This document shows positions 23,301 to 32,971 of a DNA stretch of 64,000 nucleotides, piece after piece. Source of the DNA: Flectonema sp. DT1601 (lineage: Eukaryota). How positions within the stretch are numbered: position 1 is the stretch's first letter; every line of letters begins with the position of its first letter. The translations under genes and the position numbers were made by a program. The notes beneath the pieces were generated by a model. It was not told the DNA's origin. It saw only the letters and a program-made list of their open reading frames with translations, and did not search any database. The stretch covers positions 124,001-188,000 of the forward strand of contig OZ025799.1 of NCBI GenBank assembly GCA_964019425.1, given 5' to 3'.

Positions 23301-26300
23301 GGCTCAGTTGGTGGTGAAACCACAGGCTCAGTTGGCGGTGACACTACAGGCTCAGTTGGAGGTGAAACTACAGGCTCAGTTGGCGGTGACACTACAGGCT
23401 CAGTTGGAGGTGAAACCACAGGCTCAGTAGGAGGTGAAACTACCGGCTCAGTTGGAGGTGAAACTACAGGCTCAGTCGGAGGTGAAACCACAGGCTCAGT
23501 CGGAGGTGAAACTACCGGCTCAGTTGGAGGTGAAACTACCGGCTCAGTCGGAGGTGAAACCACAGGCTCAGTTGGAGGTGAAACTACCGGCTCAGTCGGA
23601 GGTGAAACTACCGGCTCAGTTGGTGGTGAAACTACAGGCTCAGTTGGAGGTGAAACTACCGGCTCAGTTGGAGGTGAAACTACCGGCTCAGTTGGTGGTG
23701 AAACTACAGGCTCAGTTGGAGGTGAAACCACAGGCTCCGTTGGAGGTGAAACTACAGGCTCCGTTGGAGGTGAAACCACAGGCTCAGTTGGAGGTGAAAC
23801 CACAGGCTCCGTTGGAGGTGAAACTACAGGCTCCGTTGGAGGTGAAACTACAGGCTCAGTCGGAGGTGAAACTACAGGCTCAGTCGGAGGTGAAACTACA
23901 GGCTCCGTTGGAGGTGAAACTACAGGCTCCGTTGGAGGTGAAACTACAGGCTCAGTCGGAGGTGAAACTACAGGCTCAGTCGGAGGTGAAACTACCGGCT
24001 CAGTTGGTGGTGAAACTACAGGCTCAGTTGGAGGTGAAACCACAGGCTCCGTTGGAGGTGAAACTACAGGCTCAGTCGGAGGTGAAACTACAGGCTCAGT
24101 CGGAGGTGAAACCACAGGCTCCGTTGGAGGTGAAACTACAGGCTCCATTGGAGGTGAAACTACAGGCTCCGTTGGAGGTGAAACTACAGGCTCCGTTGGA
24201 GGTGAAACTACAGGCTCAGTTGGCGGTGAAACTACAGGCTCCGTTGGAGGTGAAACTACAGGCTCCATTGGAGGTGAAACTACAGGCTCCGTTGGAGGTG
24301 AAACTACAGGCTCCGTTGGAGGTGAAACTACAGGCTCCGTTGGAGGTGAAACTACAGGCTCAGTCGGAGGTGAAACTACAGGCTCAGTCGGAGGTGAAAC
24401 TACCGGCTCAGTTGGAGGTGAAACCACAGGCTCAGTTGGAGGTGAAACCACAGGCTCAGTTGGAGGTGAAACCACAGGCTCCGTTGGAGGTGAAACTACA
24501 GGCTCCATTGGAGGTGAAACTACAGGCTCCGTTGGAGGTGAAACTACAGGCTCAGTCGGAGGTGAAACTACAGGCTCCGTTGGAGGTGAAACCACAGGCT
24601 CCGTTGGAGGTGAAACTACAGGCTCCATAGGAGGTGAAACTACAGGCTCAGTTGGTGGCAGAACTTGAGGAGGTTCCCTGAAATTCACGATCACACTTCC
24701 TGCCGTAGTATGCTTGCTAACAGGAAATTCCATTTCAGATGAATGGAAAGCAAAGTTCACAGGTGTGGCAGCTATAAGAAACGCTGTGTGGACGTTGAAT
24801 CTCAGAATGCGCATATCGTTTACGATCTCCGTAGACGGACTCTGAATGGTAGAAGTAGTAAACGACTGCCTCGAAATAATTCCACCTGCTGTCCTTTCAT
24901 GGAACGTGTAGATGTTCGCATCAGTGGCACTGGTCGTAGCGACACCAAGTGCTGGGACCATGGACCCCGGAATTTCGGGAAACGACACCGAAAACCATCC
25001 GTTGACAGATGTCGTCGTAGCAGCAACACCTGCTCTCTGGAGATGAAAAGGTAATCCCTGAATTACTTCTACTTGATCCCAGTGGAGGGTTACATCTGGC
25101 GATAAAGCTGACATGCAGTCGTAAGTTGTGCTTTCTGTCTTGAACAGAGTTGAAGCCGTGCAAGTTGGAACAAGGGCTGGTTCTGTAACTACAACACGAG
25201 GTTCCACGAAATAAACAGCCACGCTTCCTACCGAAGTATGCTTGCTAACAGGAAATTCCATTTCAGATGAATGGAAAGCGAAGTTCACTGCAGTGGCAGA
25301 ATACATAAAATCCGAGTTGATGCGGAATCTCAGAAAACGCATCCCGTTCGCAATCTCCGTCGTTGGGTTGTGAAACAACCGAGACGATACCGAAGTGATT
25401 CCAGCTGCTGTCCTTTCACTAAACGAGAAGATGCCCGTTGTAGTGGCACCGGTTGTAGCGACACCAATTGCTGGGAACATGGAACCCAAATTTCTAGGAA
25501 ATGATATTGAAAACCATCCGGTGACCGATGTAGTCGTAGCCACAAATTGCGCTTGGCCAAATATTTCACGAATCCAGTGGATGGTTACTTCCGACGACAA
25601 ATCCATCATGCAGTCGTAAGAGATTCCCGCTTCAACTAAAGTTGAAGGTGTGCAAGTTGTGTCGCGGGTTGGCAGTTGAACAAGAGGCTCAGTTGGTGGC
25701 GAAACCACAGGCTCAGTTGGCGGTGAAACCACAGGCTCCGTTGGAGGTGAAACTACAGGCTCCGTTGGCGGTGAAACTACAGGCTCAGTTGGTGGCAGAA
25801 CTTGAAGAGGTTCCCTGAAATTCACGATCACACTTCCTGCCGTAGTATGCTTGCTAACAGGAAATTCCATTTCAGATGAATGGAAAGCAAAGTTCACAGG
25901 TGTGGCAGCTATAAGAAACGCTGTGTGGACGTTGAATCTCAGAATGCGCATATCGTTTACGATCTCCGTAGACGGACTCTGAATGGTAGAAGTAGAAAAC
26001 GACTGCCTCGAAATAATTCCACCTGCTGTCCTTTCATGGAACGTGTAGATGTTCGCATCAGTGGCACTGGTCGTAGCGACACCAAGTGCTGGGACCATGG
26101 ACCCCGGAATTTCGGGAAACGACACCGAAAACCATCCGTTGACATATGTCGTCGTAGCAGCAACACCTGCTCTCTGGAGATGAAAAGGTAATCCCTGAAT
26201 TACTTCTACTTGATCCCAGTGGAGGGTTACATCTGGCGATAAAGCTGACATGCAGTCGTAAGTTGTGCTTTCTGTCTTGAACAGAGTTGAAGCCGTGCAA

Positions 26301-29300
26301 GTAGGAACAAGGGCTGGTTCTGTAACTACAACACGAGGTTCCACGAAATAAACAGCCACGCTTCCTACCGAAGTATGCTTGCTAACAGGAAATCCCATTT
26401 TAGATGAATGGAAAGCGAAGTTCACTGCAGTGGCAGAATACATAAAATCCGAGTTGATGCGGAATCTCAGAAAACGCATCCCGTTCGCAATCTCCGTCGT
26501 TGGGTTGTGAAACAACCGAGACGATACCGAAGTGATTCCAGCTGCTGTCCTTTCACTAAACGAGAAGATGCCCGTTGTAGTGGCACCGGTTGTAGCGACA
26601 CCAATTGCTGGGAACATGGAACCCAAATTTCTAGGAAATGATATTGAAAACCATCCGGTGACCGATGTAGTCGTAGCCACAAATTGCGCTTGGCCAAATA
26701 TTTCACGAATCCAGTGGATGGTTACTTCCGACGACAAATCCATCATGCAGTCGTAAGAGATTCCCGCTTCAACTAAAGTTGAAGGTGTGCAAGTTGTGCC
26801 GCGGGTTGGCAGTTGAACAAGAGGCTCAGTTGGTGGCGAAACCACAGGCTCAGTTGGCGGTGAAACCACAGGCTCTGTTGGAGGTGAAACTACAGGCTCA
26901 GTTGGTGGCAGAACTTGAGGAGGTTCCCTGAAATTCACGATCACACTTCCTGCCGTAGTATGCTTGCTAACAGGAAATTCCATTTCAGATGAATGGAAAG
27001 CAAAGTTCACAGGTGTGGCAGCTATAAGAAACGCTGTGTGGACGTTGAATCTCAGAATGCGCATATCGTTTACGATCTCCGTAGACGGACTCTGAATGGT
27101 AGAAGTAGTAAACGACTGCCTCGAAATAATTCCACCTGCTGTCCTTTCATGGAACGTGTAGATGTTCGCATCAGTGGCACTGGTCGTAGCGACACCAAGT
27201 GCTGGGACCATGGACCCCGGAATTTCGGGAAACGACACCGAAAACCATCCGTTGACAGATGTCGTCGTAGCAGCAACACCTGCTCTCTGGAGATGAAAAG
27301 GTAATCCCTGAATTACTTCTACTTGATCCCAGTGGAGGGTTACATCTGGCGATAAAGCTGACATGCAGTCGTAAGTTGTGCTTTCTGTCTTGAACAGAGT
27401 TGAAGCCGTGCAAGTTGGAACAAGGGCTGGTTCTGTAACTACAACACGAGGTTCCACGAAAGAAACAGCCACGCTTCCTACCGAAGTATGCTTGCTAACA
27501 GGAAATTCCATTTCAGATGAATGGAAAGCGAAGTTCACTGCAGTGGCAGAATACATAAAATCCGAGTTGATGCGGAATCTCAGAAAACGCATCCCGTTCG
27601 CAATCTCCGTCGTTGGGTTGTGAAACAACCGAGACGATACCGAAGTGATTCCAGCTGCTGTCCTTTCACTAAACGAGAAGATGCCCGTTGTAGTGGCACC
27701 GGTTGTAGCGACACCAATTGCTGGGAACATGGAACCCAAATTTCTAGGAAATGATATTGAAAACCATCCGGTGACCGATGTAGTCGTAGCCACAAATTGC
27801 GCTTGGCCAAATATTTCACGAATCCAGTGGATGGTTACTTCCGACGACAAATCCATCATGCAGTCGTAAGAGATTCCCGCTTCAACTAAAGTTGAAGGTG
27901 TGCAAGTTGTGCCGCGGGTTGGCAGTTGAACAAGAGGCTCAGTTGGTGGCGAAACCACAGGCTCAGTTGGCGGTGAAACCACAGGCTCTGTTGGAGGTGA
28001 AACTACAGGCTCAGTTGGTGGCAGAACTTGAGGAGGTTCCCTGAAATTCACGATCACACTTCCTGCCGTAGTATGCTTGCTAACAGGAAATTCCATTTCA
28101 GATGAATGGAAAGCAAAGTTCACAGGTGTGGCAGCTATAAGAAACGCTGTGTGGACGTTGAATCTCAGAATGCGCATATCGTTTACGATCTCCGTAGACG
28201 GACTCTGAATGGTAGAAGTAGTAAACGACTGCCTCGAAATAATTCCACCTGCTGTCCTTTCATGGAACGTGTAGATGTTCGCATCAGTGGCACTGGTCGT
28301 AGCGACACCAAGTGCTGGGACCATGGACCCCGGAATTTCGGGAAACGACACCGAAAACCATCCGTTGACAGATGTCGTCGTAGCAGCAACACCTGCTCTC
28401 TGGAGATGAAAAGGTAATCCCTGAATTACTTCTACTTGATCCCAGTGGAGGGTTACATCTGGCGATAAAGCTGACATGCAGTCGTAAGTTGTGCTTTCTG
28501 TCTTGAACAGAGTTGAAGCCGTGCAAGTTGGAACAAGGGCTGGTTCTGTAACTACAACACGAGGTTCCACGAAAGAAACAGCCACGCTTCCTACCGAAGT
28601 ATGCTTGCTAACAGGAAATTCCATTTCAGATGAATGGAAAGCGAAGTTCACTGCAGTGGCAGAATACATAAAATCCGAGTTGATGCGGAATCTCAGAAAA
28701 CGCATCCCGTTCGCAATCTCCGTCGTTGGGTTGTGAAACAACCGAGACGATACCGAAGTGATTCCAGCTGCTGTCCTTTCACTAAACGAGAAGATGCCCG
28801 TTGTAGTGGCACCGGTTGTAGCGACACCAATTGCTGGGAACATGGAACCCAAATTTCTAGGAAATGATATTGAAAACCATCCGGTGACCGATGTAGTCGT
28901 AGCCACAAATTGCGCTTGGCCAAATATTTCACGAATCCAGTGGATGGTTACTTCCGACGACAAATCCATCATGCAGTCGTAAGAGATTCCCGCTTCAACT
29001 AAAGTTGAAGGTGTGCAAGTTGTGTCGCGGGTTGGCAGTTGAACAAGAGGCTCAGTTGGTGGCGAAACCACAGGCTCAGTTGGCGGTGAAACCACAGGCT
29101 CCGTTGGAGGTGAAACTACAGGCTCCGTTGGCGGTGAAACTACAGGCTCAGTTGGTGGCAGAACTTGAGGAGGTTCCCTGAAATTCACGATCACACTTCC
29201 TGCCGTAGTATGCTTGCTAACAGGAAATTCCATTTCAGATGAATGGAAAGCAAAGTTCACAGGTGTGGCAGCTATAAGAAACGCTGTGTGGACGTTGAAT

Positions 29301-30211
29301 CTCAGAATGCGCATATCGTTTACGATCTCCGTAGACGGACTCTGAATGGTAGAAGTAGTAAATGACTGCCTCGAAATAATTCCACCTGCTGTCCTTTCAT
29401 GGAACGCGTAGATGCTCGCATCAGTGGCACTGGTCGTAGCGACACCAAGTGCTGGGACCATGGACCCCGGAATTTCGGGAAACGACACCGAAAACCATCC
29501 GTTGACAGATGTCGTCGTAGCAGCAACACCTGCTCTCTGGAGATGAAAAGGTAATCCCTGAATTACTTCTACTTGATCCCAGTGGAGGGTTACATCTGGC
29601 GATAAAGCTGACATGCAATCGTAAGTTGTGCTTTCTGTCTTGAACAGAGTTGAAGCCGTGCAAGTTGGAACAAGGGCTGGTTCTGTAACTACAACACGAG
29701 GTTCCACGAAAGAAACAGCCACGCTTCCTACCGAAGTATGCTTGCTAACAGGAAATTCCATTTCAGATGAATGGAAAGCGAAGTTCACTGCAGTGGCAGA
29801 ATACATAAAATCCGAGTTGATGCGGAATCTCAGAAAACGCATCCCGTTCGCAATCTCCGTCGTTGGGTTGTGAAACAACCGAGACGATACCGAAGTGATT
29901 CCAGCTGCTGTCCTTTCACTAAACGAGAAGATGCCCGTTGTAGTGGCACCGGTTGTAGCGACACCAATTGCTGGGAACATGGAACCCAAATTTCTAGGAA
30001 ATGATATTGAAAACCATCCGGTGACCGATGTAGTCGTAGCCACAAATTGCGCTTGGCCAAATATTTCACGAATCCAGTGGATGGTTACTTCCGACGACAA
30101 ATCCATCATGCAGTCGTAAGGGATTCCCTCTTCAACTAAAGTTGAAGGTGTGCATTGTGAACTAACAACACCCAATAAAGGAAGCAACATAAAGAGACTG
30201 AGTAATCTCAT
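20360..30211 (-). CDS. Giant DOMON-cytochrome b561 (CYBDOM-type) protein: signal peptide, 10 DOMON-like domains, Pro/Thr stalk, cytochrome b561 domain
   Basis: 3283-aa ORF. Five near-identical pairs of DOMON-like domains (GWFS..F, GSM, NFAFH...PVSKHT). C-terminal TM block with four His in b561-like positions (HGRIM, LIHMFMM, GHRELG, WGHVLFG). Confidence 0.88.
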   Translation of the reverse strand: MRLLSLFMLLPLLGVVSSQCTPSTLVEEGIPYDCMMDLSSEVTIHWIREIFGQAQFVATTTSVTGWFSISFPRNLGSMFPAIGVATTGATTTGIFSFSERTAAGITSVSSRLFHNPTTEIANGMRFLRFRINSDFMYSATAVNFAFHSSEMEFPVSKHTSVGSVAVSFVEPRVVVTEPALVPTCTASTLFKTESTTYDCMSALSPDVTLHWDQVEVIQGLPFHLQRAGVAATTTSVNGWFSVSFPEIPGSMVPALGVATTSATDASIYAFHERTAGGIISRQSFTTSTIQSPSTEIVNDMRILRFNVHTAFLIAATPVNFAFHSSEMEFPVSKHTTAGSVIVNFREPPQVLPPTEPVVSPPTEPVVSPPTEPVVSPPTEPVVSPPTEPLVQLPTRDTTCTPSTLVEAGISYDCMMDLSSEVTIHWIREIFGQAQFVATTTSVTGWFSISFPRNLGSMFPAIGVATTGATTTGIFSFSERTAAGITSVSSRLFHNPTTEIANGMRFLRFRINSDFMYSATAVNFAFHSSEMEFPVSKHTSVGSVAVSFVEPRVVVTEPALVPTCTASTLFKTESTTYDCMSALSPDVTLHWDQVEVIQGLPFHLQRAGVAATTTSVNGWFSVSFPEIPGSMVPALGVATTSATDANIYTFHERTAGGIISRQSFTTSTIQSPSTEIVNDMRILRFNVHTAFLIAATPVNFAFHSSEMEFPVSKHTTAGSVIVNFREPPQVLPPTEPVVSPPTEPVVSPPTEPVVSPPTEPLVQLPTRGTTCTPSTLVEAGISYDCMMDLSSEVTIHWIREIFGQAQFVATTTSVTGWFSISFPRNLGSMFPAIGVATTGATTTGIFSFSERTAAGITSVSSRLFHNPTTEIANGMRFLRFRINSDFMYSATAVNFAFHSSEMEFPVSKHTSVGSVAVSFVEPRVVVTEPALVPTCTASTLFKTESTTYDCMSALSPDVTLHWDQVEVIQGLPFHLQRAGVAATTTSVNGWFSVSFPEIPGSMVPALGVATTSATDANIYTFHERTAGGIISRQSFTTSTIQSPSTEIVNDMRILRFNVHTAFLIAATPVNFAFHSSEMEFPVSKHTTAGSVIVNFREPPQVLPPTEPVVSPPTEPVVSPPTEPVVSPPTEPLVQLPTRGTTCTPSTLVEAGISYDCMMDLSSEVTIHWIREIFGQAQFVATTTSVTGWFSISFPRNLGSMFPAIGVATTGATTTGIFSFSERTAAGITSVSSRLFHNPTTEIANGMRFLRFRINSDFMYSATAVNFAFHSSKMGFPVSKHTSVGSVAVYFVEPRVVVTEPALVPTCTASTLFKTESTTYDCMSALSPDVTLHWDQVEVIQGLPFHLQRAGVAATTTYVNGWFSVSFPEIPGSMVPALGVATTSATDANIYTFHERTAGGIISRQSFSTSTIQSPSTEIVNDMRILRFNVHTAFLIAATPVNFAFHSSEMEFPVSKHTTAGSVIVNFREPLQVLPPTEPVVSPPTEPVVSPPTEPVVSPPTEPVVSPPTEPLVQLPTRDTTCTPSTLVEAGISYDCMMDLSSEVTIHWIREIFGQAQFVATTTSVTGWFSISFPRNLGSMFPAIGVATTGATTTGIFSFSERTAAGITSVSSRLFHNPTTEIANGMRFLRFRINSDFMYSATAVNFAFHSSEMEFPVSKHTSVGSVAVYFVEPRVVVTEPALVPTCTASTLFKTESTTYDCMSALSPDVTLHWDQVEVIQGLPFHLQRAGVAATTTSVNGWFSVSFPEIPGSMVPALGVATTSATDANIYTFHERTAGGIISRQSFTTSTIQSPSTEIVNDMRILRFNVHTAFLIAATPVNFAFHSSEMEFPVSKHTTAGSVIVNFREPPQVLPPTEPVVSPPMEPVVSPPTEPVVSPPTEPVVSPPTEPVVSPPTEPVVSPPMEPVVSPPTEPVVSPPTEPVVSPPTEPVVSPPTEPVVSPPTEPVVSPPTEPVVSPPTEPVVSPPTEPVVSPPTEPVVSPPMEPVVSPPTEPVVSPPTEPVVSPPTEPVVSPPTEPVVSPPMEPVVSPPTEPVVSPPTEPVVSPPTEPVVSPPTEPVVSPPTEPVVSPPTEPVVSPPTEPVVSPPTEPVVSPPTEPVVSPPTEPVVSPPTEPVVSPPTEPVVSPPTEPVVSPPTEPVVSPPTEPVVSPPTEPVVSPPTEPVVSPPTEPVVSPPTEPVVSPPTEPVVSPPTEPVVSPPTEPVVSPPTEPVVSPPTEPVVSPPTEPVVSPPTEPVVSPPTEPVVSPPTEPVVSPPTEPVVSPPTEPVVSPPTEPVVSPPTEPVVSPPTEPVVSPPTEPVVSPPTEPVVSPPTEPVVSPPTEPVVSPPTEPVVSPPTEPVVSPPTEPVVSPPTEPVVSPPTEPVVSPPTEPVVSPPTEPVVSPPTEPVVSPPTEPVVSPPTEPVVSPPTEPVVSPPTEPVVSPPTEPVVSPPTEPVVSPPTEPVVSPPTEPVVSPPTEPVVSPPTEPVVSPPTEPEVSPPTEPVVSPPTEPVVSPPTEPVVSPPTEPVVSPPTEPVVSPPTEPVVSPPTEPVVSPPTEPVVSPPTEPEVSPPTEPVVSPPTEPVVSPPTEPVVSPPTEPVVSPPTEPVVSPPTEPVVSPPTEPVVSPPTEPVVSPPTEPVVSPPTEPVVSPPTEPVVSPPTEPVVSPPTEPEVSPPTEPVVSPPTEPVVSPPTEPVVSPPTEPVVSPPTEPVVSPPTEPVVSPPTEPVVSPPTEPVVSPPTEPVVSPPTEPVVSPPTEPVVSPPTEPVVSPPTEPVVSPPTEPVVSPPTEPEVSPPTEPVVSPPTEPVVSPPTEPVVSPPTEPVVSPPTEPVVSPPTEPVVSPPTEPVVSPPTEPVVSPPTEPVVSPPTEPVVSPPTEPVVSPPTEPEVSPPTEPVVSPPTEPVVSPPTEPVVSPPTEPVVSPPTEPVVSPPTEPVVSPPTEPVVSPPTEPVVSPPTEPVVSPPTEPEVSPPTEPVVTPPPEPKVTRPAENSINFEVVAELSDLVTQIDTLVAAASSSLGGNARCDMLCQGRNCLKCDGTAVTQRSVTTLVRGNWKVILIIINNENGSITKEAIDSSLKNVLSNNAVIGYVEGSAAVVVVVTDIPQVVVVNDGFIDAHTHGRIMVAVWAYWVPLSVIIKVLGALVCKREVFGYPIPVLIHMFMMVMAMCFTTVFASFALSDFNNRVDYGHRELGITLLVIGWIQVLSGLVRPGRESQYRKYWGWGHVLFGISVVIIAIAQMASGVENIKRLFPNDSNDVQIVLIVGLVTMGVIYIVGKIYVAVTKEAVISIAENNETKHCEPDYET
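21343..24660 (-). repeat. 24-bp coding minisatellite, ~138 copies (PPTEPVVS)
   Basis: Uninterrupted ggctcagttggaggtgaaac(t/c)aca-type units; about 3318 bp / 24 gives ~138 copies. Confidence 0.97.
24661..30155 (-). repeat. Five ~1.1-kb coding tandem repeats, each encoding two DOMON-like domains
   Basis: Periods of 1137, 1113, 1113 and 1137 bp; the 24-bp difference is one minisatellite unit. Only scattered substitutions between units. Confidence 0.95.
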
Positions 30212-31236
30212 GGTTTATATTTAACTGTTGAATAAATGAATTAAAATAAGTGACCTTATAGAAATCTAAATGTACAAAGAATAGGTGAATAGTATTGTAA
30301 CTAAATAGTATGAAGTTAGAAAAAGATTATAGTTCCCGACGAGAAGGATAAAATCAAACTCGTCTAATTTTACTATTTTACTTTTTGAGATCAAAGAACG
30401 TGTAAGGTTATTTAGAATTGAGTTTGTTATAAAGAAGTGAAACCAAATAATGAAAAGAAACACCAAAACAACACTGCCGCCGCTTTTCCAAATTGTTGAT
30501 GCTTGGATCACTGCACATCTTCAATGCGGAATGCCTTCCATCATCTCTTCCACGTCACCACAGATCTCCATCCATCCCCTCGGGCAGCTTCCTCGAACTA
30601 GCGCGGAACATACGCTCTTGCCCCTGCTAGTTCAGCAAGTTTGAACGAGTTCGCAGCAAGAACTGCCCAGCAGCTGAAATCAACTGAATCAAACGCGGCA
30701 ACGAAACAGAAAGCGTCCACTGGTAGAACCCAGCGCATCAAGAGGCCGAAGTAGATAATCACCCACCACATACAGAAGCATTACAAACCTGTAAACGTGG
30801 TTGATGCATTTTCTCCACTGCAACTCCCCATCCCGTAGTTCTTCTCACATTTCTATTTTATTGAAAAGAATGAAATGAACGATAAACTTATTAATACTTA
30901 TTTCCATACCATGGTGGAATTGTCGCACATATTGCAGATAAGTCCGAAAAACCTGTTGTGAATGACTTATAAAATAATTTCAAACGTCACCTACTTTATT
31001 ATGTGTCGCCATTCAGAACAGTACAATGAGCGAAACGTTGACAATGTAGCTCGGCAGAACATTTTAGCTTTAATATAAGTATCTGACAGGGGGTAATTTG
31101 ATACTGTATTTTAAAGCTGCAGGAGGTGAAAAAATAATCTCAAATCAGGACTATAAATTTTTTTTTTTGATAATTTAAAAACTGTGTAAGTATGACTCGA
31201 TTAAGAAAAAAAGAATAGATAAAAAGTTAAACATAC

Positions 31237-31280
31237 TTACTAGCCCATCTAGTCTGCCTAAATAATTGCTTGAGAATCAT
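31237..31280 (-). pseudogene. Orphan duplicate of exon 1 of the HMG-box gene
   Basis: Identical MILKQLFRQTRWAS(K) exon with its upstream CAG (31300-31302) and GTATGT donor (31236). The duplication breakpoint at 31197 cuts off the rest of the gene. Confidence 0.75.
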
Positions 31281-32971
31281 TTTTAATGATGTACAGGGTC
31301 TGAGTTAACTCAAAAAAAGTTAATATTAATGACGATCAGTTAATTAAGAAAATCAAATGCGTTGGACACATCAAACGAATAATGGTTTGTTTCGGGTTAG
31401 AATTAAAAATAATATTTTCTTAGAATAATCCATCCAACCTTCCTCGACTATGTTTGACCGAACGTTAACAAATATAAAAGACTACTGCACGCACACAAAC
31501 CTCTGTGTGTTGTGTTACATTAGCCTTGGCTTTCATTATTGCATATTTATACAAAAGAAAAAAAAGATTTATTCAAAAAAAAACTAAAACAAGATAACTT
31601 TGCGCAACAAACTAGTTGGTTTCGGGCTAAGATTAAAAACAATCTTTCTTAGGGCCATTCCCCTTACCCTTCAGCAAAGAAAGCAAGGGGGACACTGCAG
31701 TGTCAGGCCTGTCCTACTCATCGCATTTGCATGAGGCTGTAGAAAGAATAAAGTTAATTAGTGTGAGTTTATTGTAAACAAAACATGATAAAACATTAAA
31801 TGCCTTGCTCTGGTTATGTTCAGAGTTAGAAAAGACTTTTTTCCCCCCGGACACCTAAAACAATAACCTCCAATCAAGGATATGCTTCTGCGTGTAATAG
31901 GGTAAGGAAACGGGAAAAAAAAGGGAGAGGGAAAAGAAAGGCGGGAGGAACTATTTGGTTGCCTTTTGACATTTGAAAACCAATCCAACAGTTAGATGGT
32001 ATTAATATCAAATCAAAAACATCATCTAAGTAATAGAATACGTAGTTTTCAGGAATAAATCGTATGCGTTGGGCAACATGATAACTATACCAATCTGTAA
32101 GGAACAGAAAAAGAAACTTCAAATGAGACATCAGTTTTGGTCTCAGCTGCTCGGACCAAGGTCTCGCGTGTTTTGAAATTTGCAAAAAAAAAAAACCTGC
32201 AAATCCAACATTACCTTTTCTCACCTTCATCTTGATAATTACTAATGAAGTCTTTTGAGCTACGAGAGGTCCGGAAGTCAACTTCCGGACTATATCCCAA
32301 ATTCTTTTAATTATTGTCTTCTTACTGTTTCTGATAGAAGCATCTTCTGTCCATCTTGCCCTGTAGGTTTATCTTCAGAGCTAGAACAGAAAAATCTTTT
32401 ATATTTAATATTAAATTATTATTATTTTATAATTTTATATTCTTTAGTGTTTCTTCCGTCGTGTGAAAACAAACTCCTCCGATTCAAGGACGTTGTTTCT
32501 AAGACGTTGGAGGAAGAGGCAAAAGAAAACGAAGGGAGGAATAACTTTTTTGCGTGTATTGAAGTAATTTATGTTAAAAAAAAATTGAAAGATAGAAAGA
32601 TGAAAGAGGGAGGAAGAACGATGAATTGTCAAAATACAAAATACATTTTGATCACTAAATCTGCACAACTAATACACAGAGAGCTAAAACGAGTGAAAAC
32701 TGAAACCAGCAGGTGCTTCTGTTTGTTAACAACAAGAACACTTCTAAAACTTCACTCCATCCAGAATCGTGAGTCGGCTCATTAATGAATTCAAATGGTA
32801 GTAAATACAAATTGAAAATAATTAAAAGAACAGGAAATCTATAATATAAATACACCACAACATTTTATCTTCGTTAATTCGTAAACACGCTGACTTGAAA
32901 AACGACTCGGCAATACTACACCACAGCCAATAATTCATTGTACGCGTCTCAGGACAGCTTTCGTGTTATGT

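Noticed and set aside
21303..24668. Long plus-strand ORFs (1121, 688 and 398 aa) over the 24-bp array
   Set aside because: Antisense shadows of a stop-free coding minisatellite; the real frame is the minus-strand PPTEPVVS.
30470..30850. GC-richer segment upstream of both CYBDOM genes, possibly a small gene or retroelement remnant
   Set aside because: The frames I read are short or interrupted and show no convincing motif; only a database search could classify it.
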